Source: Nitrospiraceae bacterium (GTDB taxonomy: Bacteria > Nitrospirota > Nitrospiria > Nitrospirales > Nitrospiraceae). From it: a stretch of 55,091 nt of DNA. Shown piece after piece: positions 16,829-26,745 of this stretch (position 1 is its first letter; every line of letters begins with the position of its first letter). A program made the translations under genes and the position numbers. The notes beneath the pieces are model-generated. The model was not told the DNA's origin, did not search any database, and saw only the letters and a list, made by a program, of their open reading frames with translations. Where the stretch lies: positions 1 to 55,091 of the forward strand of contig DATENE010000063.1 in assembly GCA_035275205.1 (NCBI GenBank). Reading direction: 5' to 3'.

Positions 16829-18854
16829 CGCCTTTTTCCTGCTTTCCAACCAGGGAAGCGAACTCCTGTTCTGTCAGAATCGTCACCCCCAGCGCACGGG
16901 CCTGTTCCAGTTTGGAACCCGGGTCTCGTCCCACTACCGCATAAGAGGTCTTTTTACTCACGCTTGAGGCGACGCGCGCTCCTACCGCTTCTACGGCCTG
17001 TTGCGCATCGGCTCGTGTGAAGTGATCCAGTCCGCCGGTAAATACGAATGTCTTCCCCGAGAGCGGAGATTTCTTTCGGTCGCCCGTAGCCATGCCTGGC
17101 GCAACCTTCACGCCGGATTGCTCGAGCTGTAAGATGACTTTCCGGTTTTGCGGCCCGGCGCAATACGCCGCTAAGCTATCAGAAATTTCAGGGCCTATCT
17201 CTCGAATTTGCTGAAGTCGCTCCCGATCCGCCGATAGGATCTCATTGAGCGATCCAAATTCACGGGCCAGGACTTTGGCGATATGCTGTCCGATTTGCCG
17301 GATCCCGAGTCCCATCAGAAATCGATCCAGGGGAACGGTCTTACTCTCCGCAATCGATTCTAAGAGGAGTGTGGCGGATCGATCGGCAAACCCATCAAGT
17401 TTGACCAGGTCATCCTTGGTCAGGCGATAGAGGTCGTCGAGTGATCGTACCAGTCCTTGATCAACCAGCTGGGCCACAGTCTTCTTTCCTAAGCCTTCAA
17501 TATTCAGGGCATGCTTGGACGCGAAATGTTCGATCGCTCCCTTTAATTGAGCACCGCAGACTAATTGACCGGTACAGTAGAAATAGGCGCCTTCGCGAGC
17601 GACACTTGATCCACAAACGGGACAGTGTTCCGGCATATGAAAAGGATCGGTGCGTTGCTCTCCGGGAATGGGAACACGTTCGGCAATCGCGGGAATCACA
17701 TCGCCGGCTCGTTCTACTTTGACAGTATCGCCGACCCGGATGTCTTTCCGCGCCACTTCATCGGCATTGTGCAATGTGGCCCGGCTAATGGTGACGCCAC
17801 CAACCTCCACAGGTTTCAATAACGCGACGGGTGTGAGAGTCCCGGTTCTCCCGACAGAGACAACGATATCCTGCACGACTGTGAACTCTTTGCGCGGCGG
17901 GAACTTATAGGCAATGGCCCAGCGAGGACTGCGAGACTTCATACCGAGGCGGCCTTGCCAGTCCCGGCGATTCACCTTCACCACCACACCATCGATTTCA
18001 TAGGGCAGCTGGTCCCGCATCGATTCTGTTTCACGGTGAAATGCCATCACGTCATCGATTGAAGTGCAGAGCCGTCGCCGCTCACTTTCAGGTATCGGAA
18101 GACCCCACTGAGCCAACGTCTCTAGTTCATCCCAATGTGTCGCTGGAATGGTCGTGGACATGGCCATGATTTCGTAACAGGTCACGACTAATGGCCGGGT
18201 TGCGGTAATCGTGGAGTCGAGTTGTCGGAGCGAGCCAGAAGCCGCATTCCGAGGATTGGCAAAGGCATCGCCGCCTCGTTCTGTCATGCGCCGATTCAAA
18301 GCTTGGAAATCATCAAGGCGCATATATACTTCGCCCCGCACAACGAGATGATCGGGGAGGCCGGATTGCGCCTGTAGTTGTAGCGGCAGGGAACGGATCG
18401 TGCGAAGATTAACGGTCACATCCTCTCCGGTCACACCGTCGCCTCTGGTCGCTCCACGGGTAAAGCTTCCCTGGTCGTACATCAGTTCGACCGATAACCC
18501 ATCGAATTTTGGTTCGGCACTGTACTCAATGGACAGGGCTTCCAGTTCGCGTTTCATTCGTTGGTCAAATGCCAGAACCTCGCCCGCATCTACAATCGAG
18601 TCCAGACTGAGCATCGGCTGTTCGTGAGGGACCTTGTGCAATTCCTGGAGCGGTGGCGCGCCGACACGTTGCGACGGAGAATCCGGCGTCACCAACTCAG
18701 GGTGGGCCTGCTCTATTACGATCAGCTCTCGAAAGAGCTGATCGTAATGGGAGTCGGAAACTTCGGGGCGATCCTTGACGTAGTAGAGGTAGTCATGGTG
18801 CCGGATTTCGTTCCTGAGGGCAATCAGTCTGGCAAGGATGTCGGCGTGGGCCAT
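16821..18854 (-). CDS. ligA: NAD-dependent DNA ligase
   Basis: 677 aa. Adenylation KxDG (EPKFDGLS), Cys4 zinc finger (CPVCGS...C), HhH region, C-terminal BRCT. Convergent 8-nt overlap with the upstream transporter gene. Confidence 0.97.
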   Translation of the reverse strand: MAHADILARLIALRNEIRHHDYLYYVKDRPEVSDSHYDQLFRELIVIEQAHPELVTPDSPSQRVGAPPLQELHKVPHEQPMLSLDSIVDAGEVLAFDQRMKRELEALSIEYSAEPKFDGLSVELMYDQGSFTRGATRGDGVTGEDVTVNLRTIRSLPLQLQAQSGLPDHLVVRGEVYMRLDDFQALNRRMTERGGDAFANPRNAASGSLRQLDSTITATRPLVVTCYEIMAMSTTIPATHWDELETLAQWGLPIPESERRRLCTSIDDVMAFHRETESMRDQLPYEIDGVVVKVNRRDWQGRLGMKSRSPRWAIAYKFPPRKEFTVVQDIVVSVGRTGTLTPVALLKPVEVGGVTISRATLHNADEVARKDIRVGDTVKVERAGDVIPAIAERVPIPGEQRTDPFHMPEHCPVCGSSVAREGAYFYCTGQLVCGAQLKGAIEHFASKHALNIEGLGKKTVAQLVDQGLVRSLDDLYRLTKDDLVKLDGFADRSATLLLESIAESKTVPLDRFLMGLGIRQIGQHIAKVLAREFGSLNEILSADRERLQQIREIGPEISDSLAAYCAGPQNRKVILQLEQSGVKVAPGMATGDRKKSPLSGKTFVFTGGLDHFTRADAQQAVEAVGARVASSVSKKTSYAVVGRDPGSKLEQARALGVTILTEQEFASLVGKQEKGVS

Positions 18855-18946
18855 AAGACTGGATGGTGTCGAACAGAGGAAGTAACGGGCTCGACCGTAT
18901 CATAGGGCTATGGAGCTGGTCAAACATCGAAGACGCCACATTCGCT

Positions 18947-18975
18947 TTGACTTTCACCGCGATAGACACTATTCT
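18947..18975 (+). promoter_or_regulatory. Possible sigma70-type promoter for the LysM gene and trp operon
   Basis: TTGACT (18947-18952), 17-bp spacer, TATTCT (18970-18975). In the divergent ligA/LysM intergenic region. Confidence 0.3.
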
Positions 18976-19074
18976 ACTACATCAAACTACTGCGAATTTT
19001 TATTGTTCGGCAGCCAGCGGTCACTATTCGCTGCAAAAGGGAAATTTCGTCACGACCGTCAGGGGGAGGTATCC

Positions 19075-19719
19075 ATGAAAGGGGAGAATCGCGTGAACAA
19101 GTTGATACCCAGGTTTAGCTATCGCATCGTCACGATCATCTGCGGAGGGCTGTTGCTGAGCGGATGTGTCATGGCAGAAAAGTACGATGCGGAAAAGGCG
19201 CGCAGCCTGAATTTCCAGCGCCTTCTCGCGCAGGAAGAGAAGCGCACAGGCGAGCTTGATAGCGAAGTGAAGCGGACCAAGAATGAATTGATGGAGTATG
19301 AAGCGCGGAATCGAGAACTCGCGGCGCAGCTGCAAGCCTCTCGGGATCAATTGGCCCGTCTGCAGGAAGAATCCGATTCCATGAAGGAATTTGCGCAGCT
19401 GGACCGTAAAGCCAAAGCTGACATGAAGCGCGGGCTCAAGCCGACGCGTAAGGCAGTACCGGTTGAACCGACGCTTGATAGTGTGGATCTGAGCGCGTCG
19501 GCTCTGGGGATCGCTCCGGACGGTTCGGCCGTACCTGGGGAATCAGAATCGTCGATGGGAAGTATGCGGGCACCCGCCGTTCATGTCGTGAAGCCGGGTG
19601 AAACACTCTATCGGATCAGCCGGCAGCATGGCGTCTCAGTCGACAAGGTTAGAAAGTGGAACAAGCTGCCGGACGACATTATCGAGGTAGGACAGAAGCT
19701 CATCGTGGGCCAAGAGTAA
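19075..19719 (+). CDS. Coiled-coil lipoprotein with C-terminal LysM domain
   Basis: Start set at ATG 19075 after GGGGGAGG; the track ORF starts at 18910. Lipobox LLLSGC, heptad-like region, and LysM (HVVKPGETLYRISRQHGVSVDKVRKWNKL). Confidence 0.75.
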   Translation: MKGENRVNKLIPRFSYRIVTIICGGLLLSGCVMAEKYDAEKARSLNFQRLLAQEEKRTGELDSEVKRTKNELMEYEARNRELAAQLQASRDQLARLQEESDSMKEFAQLDRKAKADMKRGLKPTRKAVPVEPTLDSVDLSASALGIAPDGSAVPGESESSMGSMRAPAVHVVKPGETLYRISRQHGVSVDKVRKWNKLPDDIIEVGQKLIVGQE

Positions 19720-19731
19720 TAGGACGTCCGC

Positions 19732-21228
19732 GTGGCCCCGCCACAATACTCACTCAGTCTCGACCAATTTCGGCAGTATGCCGGAGAGGGCAATCTCGTT
19801 CCGCTCTATCGGGAGATTCTCGCGGACTATGAGACTCCCGTTTCTGCCTTTGCCAAAATCGACCATGGCCCTTCCGCGTACCTCCTAGAGTCTATTGAGG
19901 GTGGTGAGAAATGGGCGCGCTACTCCTTTCTGGGGAGTGGTTCGCCTGTTGTCGTATACGAGGATCGAGGCGATCTTCTTGTCGTGCATGGAACGCGCAA
20001 GAAGCGTATTCCCAGCCGTGGGAACCCTCTCGAACGTCTCCGGGAGATGATGGAAAGCTATCGTCCGGTCACCGTGCCGGACCTTCCCCCGTTCGTCGGC
20101 GGCGCCGTCGGATATCTGAGCTACGACATGGTGCGCACGTTCGAAGACTTGCCCGCCCGGCAGAAGGACTCACTTTCACTGCCAGACTTTGCTTTTCTGC
20201 TCACCGACACCATGCTGATTTTCGACAATGTGGCACAGAAGATCAAAGTCGTAGCCACGGCCCATGTCACGGCAAAGGGAGAACGCGGTATCAAGGCCGC
20301 CTACAGATCGGCGGCGGAACGGATCGAACGCACGATTGCGAGGCTCAAACGTCCGCTCCGTCGAACGCGCCCGCATCGCCGCCGCCGACCGGTCAGTTTT
20401 ACGGCGAACATGAGCAAGGCAGATTTTGAGAAGATGGTCATGCGGACGAAGGAATACATTCGGGCCGGCGATATCGTGCAAGCGGTGTTATCCCAGCGAT
20501 GGGAGACCAGCGTTCAAGCGCCGTCTTTGCAACTCTATCGCGCGTTGCGCGTCGTGAACCCTTCTCCCTATATGTATTACCTTCGTATCGCGGGGGTCGA
20601 ATTGGTCGGTTCCTCTCCCGAAACGCTCGTTCGATGTGAGAACAGTGTCATTTCTCTTCGTCCCATTGCCGGCACGCGCCGCCGAGGTATTACGTCGGAA
20701 GAAGATCAACAGATGGAACGGCGGCTTTTGGCGGATGAAAAAGAACGGGCCGAACATGTGATGCTGGTCGATCTTGGGCGGAACGATGTCGGCCGCGTGG
20801 CGAAACCAGGCTCGGTCATTGTGGACTCGCTCATGCATGTCGAGCGGTATTCCCATGTCATGCACATTGTGTCGAATGTGACGGGACAACTGGATGCGTC
20901 GAAGACCTCGTATGATGTGTTGAGAGCCTGTTTCCCCGCTGGAACAGTTTCCGGGGCGCCGAAGATTCGAGCCATGCAGATCATTGATGAACTCGAACCT
21001 ACCAGGCGAGGTCCCTATGCCGGCGCGGTAGGCTACTTTAGCTTTTCCGGCAATATGGATATGTGCATCAACATTCGGACGGTCGTCGTGAAAAAGCACC
21101 AGGCTTTCATTCAAGCCGGCGCCGGCATCGTCGCCGACTCGAATCCAGCGCACGAATATGAAGAGACCTGTAATAAGGCTCGGGCCATGATGAAAGCTGT
21201 TGAATTGGCCGAGCAGGGCCTGGAGTGA
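19732..21228 (+). CDS. trpE: Anthranilate synthase component I
   Basis: 498 aa. GTG start 12 nt after the upstream stop. Motifs LVPLYREILADYETPVSAF, GGAVGYLSYD, PSPYMYY, GAPK. Confidence 0.95.
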   Translation: MAPPQYSLSLDQFRQYAGEGNLVPLYREILADYETPVSAFAKIDHGPSAYLLESIEGGEKWARYSFLGSGSPVVVYEDRGDLLVVHGTRKKRIPSRGNPLERLREMMESYRPVTVPDLPPFVGGAVGYLSYDMVRTFEDLPARQKDSLSLPDFAFLLTDTMLIFDNVAQKIKVVATAHVTAKGERGIKAAYRSAAERIERTIARLKRPLRRTRPHRRRRPVSFTANMSKADFEKMVMRTKEYIRAGDIVQAVLSQRWETSVQAPSLQLYRALRVVNPSPYMYYLRIAGVELVGSSPETLVRCENSVISLRPIAGTRRRGITSEEDQQMERRLLADEKERAEHVMLVDLGRNDVGRVAKPGSVIVDSLMHVERYSHVMHIVSNVTGQLDASKTSYDVLRACFPAGTVSGAPKIRAMQIIDELEPTRRGPYAGAVGYFSFSGNMDMCINIRTVVVKKHQAFIQAGAGIVADSNPAHEYEETCNKARAMMKAVELAEQGLE

Positions 21229-21326
21229 GCACGTAAAGCGTGAAGGGTAAGGGGTGAGGCGATCAGAGTCTCGCCGATTTTTCCCTGTACGCCTAACGCA
21301 TAACGCCTCACACCGCACGGTTTATT

Positions 21327-21890
21327 ATGCTACTGATGATCGACAACTTTGATTCCTTTACCTATAACCTTGTCCAATACTTCGGGGAATTGGGTGAGGA
21401 CGTTCGGGTATTCCGCAACAATAAGATTACGATCGAGGAGATTGAATCGCTGCAACCCAGCCGCATCGTCATTTCTCCGGGGCCCTGCACACCGGTGGAA
21501 GCAGGCATATCGGTCGAGACCATCCGGCATTTTGGTGGGCATCTTCCTCTATTAGGTGTCTGCCTCGGCCATCAATCTCTGGCGGTGGCGTTTGGAGGAG
21601 AAGTTGTTCGAGCCGAACGGTTGATGCATGGCAAAACGTCGAAGATCCAGCACGATGGAAAAACGATTTTCCATCAGCTGCCCGACTCCTTTGAGGCGAC
21701 ACGCTATCATTCTCTGATCGTGAAGCGAGAGACGCTACCTCTCTGTTTTGAGATTTCCGCCGAAACGGCCGAGGGGGAAATCATGGGACTGCGCCATCGG
21801 TCCTTGGGTATTGAAGGGGTGCAGTTTCATCCGGAGTCGATCCTCACCATGGCAGGAAAAGACCTCCTCCGTAACTTCCTTAAACTGTAG
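21327..21890 (+). CDS. trpG: Anthranilate synthase component II (class I glutamine amidotransferase)
   Basis: 187 aa. [11 protein letters not shown], catalytic Cys in GVCLGHQ, FHPES. Confidence 0.95.
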   Translation: MLLMIDNFDSFTYNLVQYFGELGEDVRVFRNNKITIEEIESLQPSRIVISPGPCTPVEAGISVETIRHFGGHLPLLGVCLGHQSLAVAFGGEVVRAERLMHGKTSKIQHDGKTIFHQLPDSFEATRYHSLIVKRETLPLCFEISAETAEGEIMGLRHRSLGIEGVQFHPESILTMAGKDLLRNFLKL

Positions 21891-21914
21891 GCAGGCCAGC
21901 CTGATTTCCGAGCC

Positions 21915-22928
21915 ATGATCAAAGACGCGATTGCCACACTCGCCGACCGCGCCTCTCTCACCGAACAAGAAGCTGAAGCGGTGATGCTTGAGATCATGGA
22001 AGGTGCAGCGACTTCAGCTCAAATTGCGGCCTACCTGATGGGACTCCGTCTGAAGGGGGAAACCGTCGAAGAAATTTCCGGTTCCGTGCGGGCTATGCGT
22101 GCCAAAGCCGTCCGCATTGCCGTCGCAGATCCCCTGGCTGTAGATACTTGTGGGACTGGGGGGGACGGGGCGCACACGTTTAATGTTTCCACCACGACGG
22201 CGTTTGTCCTTGCAGGCGCAGGTTTGACCGTGGCAAAGCACGGCAACCGTTCCGTCTCGTCCAAGTCAGGGAGCGCAGACGTCCTCTCGGCCCTCGGGGT
22301 CAAGATCGATCTACCGGCTGAACGTGTAGCTGATTGTATCAATGAGGCTGGGATCGGCTTTCTCTTCGCTCCGCTCTATCATGGAGCCATGAAACATTGT
22401 GCTGCCCCAAGACAGGAGATGGGCATCCGGACTATGCTGAATCTCTTGGGTCCGCTGACCAATCCAGCAGGAGCTACCATTCAAGTGCTCGGCGTTTATG
22501 AGGGACGATTGACCTCTCTGCTGGGTAATGTGCTCATGCGTCTGGGATCGCAACATTGTTTTGTTGTTCATGGAATGGACGGACTTGATGAGATCACTCT
22601 GACCGCGAAAACACAGATTTCGGAGGCCAAGGGGGGTGTTCTTTCGAACTACTTCCTGGACCCGGCGGAGTTTGGACTGGCGCTGGTCCCAGCCAAACAG
22701 CTTGCCGGAGGGACGCCGCAAGAGAATGCCGCGATTACTCGCGACATTCTTCAAGGGCGGAAAGGACCCAAACGGGACATCGTCTGTTTAAATGCCGCTC
22801 CTGCTCTTGTTGCAGGGCGCAAGGCGACAAACCTTCAAGATGGATTTCTCATGGCTGGCCAAGCGATCGATTCAGGCGCCGCGGCCGAGAAACTGGCTCG
22901 TCTCATCGCATTTACGAATAAGGGCTGA
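21915..22928 (+). CDS. trpD: Anthranilate phosphoribosyltransferase
   Basis: 337 aa. CGTGGDGAHTFNVST and KHGNRS motifs. Confidence 0.95.
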   Translation: MIKDAIATLADRASLTEQEAEAVMLEIMEGAATSAQIAAYLMGLRLKGETVEEISGSVRAMRAKAVRIAVADPLAVDTCGTGGDGAHTFNVSTTTAFVLAGAGLTVAKHGNRSVSSKSGSADVLSALGVKIDLPAERVADCINEAGIGFLFAPLYHGAMKHCAAPRQEMGIRTMLNLLGPLTNPAGATIQVLGVYEGRLTSLLGNVLMRLGSQHCFVVHGMDGLDEITLTAKTQISEAKGGVLSNYFLDPAEFGLALVPAKQLAGGTPQENAAITRDILQGRKGPKRDIVCLNAAPALVAGRKATNLQDGFLMAGQAIDSGAAAEKLARLIAFTNKG

Positions 22929-22935
22929 CGTCACT

Positions 22936-23757
22936 GTGATTCTCTCTCGCATTCTTGAGCATAAGAAAGCAGAACTCCGGCGCAAGCGAAGCCGGGGCTA
23001 CCTCTCCGAACTGAAAGCCAAGATTCAAGACGCGCCAAGCCCACTCGGTTTTGCTGTAACCCTCGAAGCCATGAGAACGGACGGCAGTCCTTCGCTGATT
23101 GCCGAAGTGAAAAAAGCATCACCCAGTCTTGGCCTACTCCGCTCCGAGTTCGCCGATCGGTTTGACTACATTGAGATTGCCAAGACGTATCAGGCCTATG
23201 GCGCCGCGGCTCTGTCCGTCTTAACCGACAAGGATTTCTTCCAGGGGAGCCTTGACTACCTCCGCGAGATCAAACAATCGGTGCCCATCCCTGCCTTGAA
23301 CAAAGAGTTCATGGTCGATGAGATTCAGTTTTACGAAGCGCGAGCCAATGGGGCCGATGCGGTTCTCTTGATCGTCGCTGCCCTTGAACGGCAGCAATTG
23401 ATCGATTTCTACGCACTGGCCAAGGGGTTGAGCGTGGATGTACTCATTGAAACCCATCATGAGCGCGAACTCGATACGGTATTGGAACGACTTCCGGAAG
23501 CGCGGCTGATCGGCATCAACAACCGGGATCTCAAGACCTTCACGACCGATCTGGATGTTACGCTGCGCCTGGCGAAACGGATTCCGACCGGCAAGTTGAT
23601 CGTCAGTGAAAGCGGCATCCACGCGCGCGCCGACGTGGTTCGGTTGGTCGAAGCCGGCATCCATGCCATGCTCGTCGGAGAATCACTGATTCGGGCTGAT
23701 GACATCGGGAGCAAGATCCGTGAATTGCGAGGAGTTCCGGCTCCATCGCGCGCATAA
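22936..23757 (+). CDS. trpC: Indole-3-glycerol phosphate synthase
   Basis: Start set at in-frame GTG 22936 (ILSRILEHKK...), 7 nt after the trpD stop; the track ORF begins inside trpD at 22792. Motifs LIAEVKKASPS, LSVLTD, LIETH, INNRDL. Confidence 0.9.
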   Translation: MILSRILEHKKAELRRKRSRGYLSELKAKIQDAPSPLGFAVTLEAMRTDGSPSLIAEVKKASPSLGLLRSEFADRFDYIEIAKTYQAYGAAALSVLTDKDFFQGSLDYLREIKQSVPIPALNKEFMVDEIQFYEARANGADAVLLIVAALERQQLIDFYALAKGLSVDVLIETHHERELDTVLERLPEARLIGINNRDLKTFTTDLDVTLRLAKRIPTGKLIVSESGIHARADVVRLVEAGIHAMLVGESLIRADDIGSKIRELRGVPAPSRA

Positions 23758-23758
23758 G

Positions 23759-24400
23759 ATGCCCTACACACCAAAAGTCAAAATTTGTGGCATCACCAAT
23801 GCCGAGGATGCCGCCGTGGCAGTCGAATCGGGGGCCGATGCTTTAGGGTTCGTGTTCTATCGGAAAAGTCCGCGGTTTATCGAGCCTACGCTGGCCCGTC
23901 AGATCGTGATGAGCCTGCCTCCCTTGGTGATACCGGTGGGTGTATTCGTGGACGAAGACCAACAAGTTGTTCGGAATCTGATGGATGATTGCGGCCTCGC
24001 TATCGCACAGTTGCATGGAAACGAATCTGCGATCTACTGCAAGGAGTTAGGCCGTACGGTTCTCAAAGCACTGCGTGTGAAAGATCGGAGCACATTTCTG
24101 GCCATGGCGGAGTTTCGTGGGCGGGCGGGCGTTCGAGGATTCATACTGGACGCCTTTTCAGATCAGGCCTATGGAGGGACTGGACAGGTGATCGATTGGC
24201 AACTCGCAGCAGAAGCTGCCAAGGTTGCGAGCGTGCTTCTAGCTGGGGGGCTCACCCCTGATAATGTTGTGAAGGCGATTCAGGCCGTACGGCCGTATGG
24301 CGTGGATGTGAGTAGCGGCGTCGAGCGGGTACCCGGCAAGAAGGATCATGAGAAAGTGCGTGCATTCATTCAAGCTGCCAAGGTTGTCTCCTTGACATGA
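23759..24400 (+). CDS. trpF: Phosphoribosylanthranilate isomerase
   Basis: Start set at ATG 23759 (MPYTPKVKICGIT), 1 nt after the trpC stop. DALGFVF motif. Confidence 0.9.
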   Translation: MPYTPKVKICGITNAEDAAVAVESGADALGFVFYRKSPRFIEPTLARQIVMSLPPLVIPVGVFVDEDQQVVRNLMDDCGLAIAQLHGNESAIYCKELGRTVLKALRVKDRSTFLAMAEFRGRAGVRGFILDAFSDQAYGGTGQVIDWQLAAEAAKVASVLLAGGLTPDNVVKAIQAVRPYGVDVSSGVERVPGKKDHEKVRAFIQAAKVVSLT

Positions 24401-24426
24401 GCCCGTCTATACTGCAGGACTCGTCA

Positions 24427-24545
24427 GGATGCTGAAAAAGTCCGCCAGCTTCGTTCTCGCATCGTTCAGACCCTCAACGTACCTAGAGGGTACGCCTCGG
24501 GCCTTCACTCGCTGCGGCCTTGCTGGACGAACTTTTTGAGCATCC
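24427..24545 (+). repeat. 119-bp palindromic interspersed repeat element (short form) inside the trp operon
   Basis: Termini GGATGCTGAAAAAGTCC (24427-24443) and GGACGAACTTTTTGAGCATCC (24525-24545) are inverted copies. Central 6-bp hairpin CGTACC/GGTACG. The first 52 nt match the reverse complement of 41161-41212 at 46/52 positions. It also shares GGGTACGCCTC and CTGCGGCCTTGC blocks with that copy. Confidence 0.75.
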
Positions 24546-24646
24546 TGTTAGCATAGTGCTTTTGTCTCGGACATGCAGGCCATCAAAGCTCTGCTGTGCC
24601 GTAATGTTTTTGCAGCAGCTTTCTAAATGAGTACGAGGATGGTGAT

Positions 24647-25840
24647 ATGAGTGCTGTTCCCAATAAGCAAGGTCGCTTCGGTGCCTATGGCGGACGCTAT
24701 GTCCCTGAAACACTCATGCCTGCTCTGCTTGAATTGGAGCAGGAATATGCCCGTGTGAAAAAGGACCGGGGCTTCCAGTCCGAACTTGCCTATTATTTGA
24801 AGCAGTACGCCGGACGTCCTACTGCGCTCTATTATGCGCAAGGACTCACGAAACGGTTGGGTGGAGCAAAGATCTATTTAAAGCGCGAAGATCTCTGTCA
24901 TACCGGGGCGCATAAGATTAATAACGCGATCGGACAAGGACTGTTGGCCCAGCGGATGAGAAAGCCGCGCGTGATCGCTGAAACCGGGGCTGGACAGCAT
25001 GGGGTGGCGACGGCAACTGTCGCGGCGATGTTTGGACTTCAGTGTGAAGTGTATATGGGGACGGAAGACATGCAGCGCCAAGCGTTGAACGTCTTCCGCA
25101 TGAGATTGCTCGGCGCGACGGTCACCGGGGTTGACGCGGGAAGCCGCACGCTCAAAGATGCTATTAGCGAAGCCATGCGGGATTGGACAACGAATATCCG
25201 CACAACCCACTACATACTCGGTTCAGTGCTCGGGGCTCATCCCTATCCGATGATGATCCGAGATTTCCAATCCGTCATCGGACGCGAAGCTCGGCGGCAG
25301 ATCCTGGCCGCAGAGGGCCGGTTGCCGGATTGCCTCATTGCCTGCGTCGGCGGGGGCAGTAATGCCATAGGACTCTTCCACGCGTTCATTCGTGACAAAA
25401 AGGTGAAAATGATCGGTGTCGAAGCCGGCGGCATGGGGGTTACGAGCGGAAAGCACGCCGCGCGTTTTGCCGGTGGGAGGCCTGGTGTTTTGCAAGGCAC
25501 CATGACCTATCTCCTCCAGGGTGACGATGGACAAGTGAATCTGACCCATTCGGTTTCAGCCGGGCTGGACTACGCCGCGATCGGCCCCGAACACAGTTAT
25601 CTGCGGGATCAAGGTCGAGCCGAATACACGTCGGTGACTGATGATGAAGCGATGGCGGCGTTCGATCTTCTGACTCGAGAAGAAGGGATCATGCCGGCTC
25701 TCGAAAGCGCTCATGCCGTTGCCCACACGGTGAAGGTGGCGCCTAGGATGAAGAAGAACCAGATTCTGGTCGTGAATTTATCCGGTCGTGGGGATAAGGA
25801 TGTTCAGCAGATTGCCAAGATGCGGGGGATCACACTGTGA
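24647..25840 (+). CDS. trpB: Tryptophan synthase beta chain
   Basis: 397 aa. PLP-lysine motif HTGAHKINN, and GGGSNA. Confidence 0.97.
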   Translation: MSAVPNKQGRFGAYGGRYVPETLMPALLELEQEYARVKKDRGFQSELAYYLKQYAGRPTALYYAQGLTKRLGGAKIYLKREDLCHTGAHKINNAIGQGLLAQRMRKPRVIAETGAGQHGVATATVAAMFGLQCEVYMGTEDMQRQALNVFRMRLLGATVTGVDAGSRTLKDAISEAMRDWTTNIRTTHYILGSVLGAHPYPMMIRDFQSVIGREARRQILAAEGRLPDCLIACVGGGSNAIGLFHAFIRDKKVKMIGVEAGGMGVTSGKHAARFAGGRPGVLQGTMTYLLQGDDGQVNLTHSVSAGLDYAAIGPEHSYLRDQGRAEYTSVTDDEAMAAFDLLTREEGIMPALESAHAVAHTVKVAPRMKKNQILVVNLSGRGDKDVQQIAKMRGITL

Positions 25841-26655
25841 CATTGAAGCTCGACCGTACGTTTGCACAGCTTCGTCAGCGAGGCGAGAAGGCCCTCATTG
25901 CCTATGTGATGGCCGGCGACCCCTCACTGCAGGAGACAGAGCAACTTGTCGTGGAGTTAGAACAGGCCGGGGCCGATATCATCGAGCTGGGTGTGCCGTT
26001 TTCCGATCCGATCGCAGACGGTCCTGTGATCCAACAGGCGGCAGAACGAGCCCTACGCAGTGGGACATCACTTCGAGCGATCCTGTCTATGGTTGCGCGT
26101 CTCAGGGTCAGGACCCAGATTCCACTGGTCTTGATGGCCTACTATAATAGTATTCATGCGTTCGGTCCTGAACGGTTCTGCCAGGAAAGCGCCCAAGTTG
26201 GAGTTGACGGGTTGATCTTGCCTGACATGCCTCCGGACGAAGCCGGCCAGCTCAAAGGGCCGGCTGCTGGGGCTGGGCTCCCACTGATTTTTCTTCTTGC
26301 CCCCACGAGTACGGCGGAACGACGGACCTTTGTGGCGCGCCAGTCACAGGGCTTCGTCTATTACGTGTCGCTGACCGGGATCACCGGAGCGAAGTTGCTC
26401 GACTTGGCTGATGTGGGTAAGAATGTCGAGAAAATCAGGAAAGTCACCAAGGTGCCTGTGGCGGTCGGTTTCGGGGTTGCGACGCCGGAAGACGCTGCCA
26501 AGGTCGCGGCTATTGCCGATGGGGTGATCGTCGGCAGCGCGATTGTGAAGCAGATCGACGCGCATCGACAAAAACCGGAGATGGTCAAACATGTAGCGGA
26601 ATTTGTCCGTTCGTTGAAGACCGCAATGCGCGCAGCTCATTCAAAAACACATTAG
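25837..26655 (+). CDS. trpA: Tryptophan synthase alpha chain
   Basis: 272 aa. GTGA start/stop overlap with trp[18 protein letters not shown] motif. Confidence 0.95.
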   Translation: MTLKLDRTFAQLRQRGEKALIAYVMAGDPSLQETEQLVVELEQAGADIIELGVPFSDPIADGPVIQQAAERALRSGTSLRAILSMVARLRVRTQIPLVLMAYYNSIHAFGPERFCQESAQVGVDGLILPDMPPDEAGQLKGPAAGAGLPLIFLLAPTSTAERRTFVARQSQGFVYYVSLTGITGAKLLDLADVGKNVEKIRKVTKVPVAVGFGVATPEDAAKVAAIADGVIVGSAIVKQIDAHRQKPEMVKHVAEFVRSLKTAMRAAHSKTH

Positions 26656-26745
26656 TCCATTGTCGAAGGCTAAGCCCCCTAAGCATCGGGTATTTAGCTC
26701 TACCGATTGAACGAGACAGACGATGTACAAGAGTCGAGACGGGGA

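Noticed and set aside
24431-24541. MLKK... peptides encoded within the repeat elements: 36 aa at 24431-24541, 55 aa on the minus strand from 41208, and 8 aa at 14558.
   Set aside because: Between the two long copies, all six differences in the shared 52 nt are non-synonymous first- or second-codon-position changes and none is synonymous. The frames end at different points. The elements are palindromic. This is the behaviour of a nucleotide-level repeat, not a conserved small protein.
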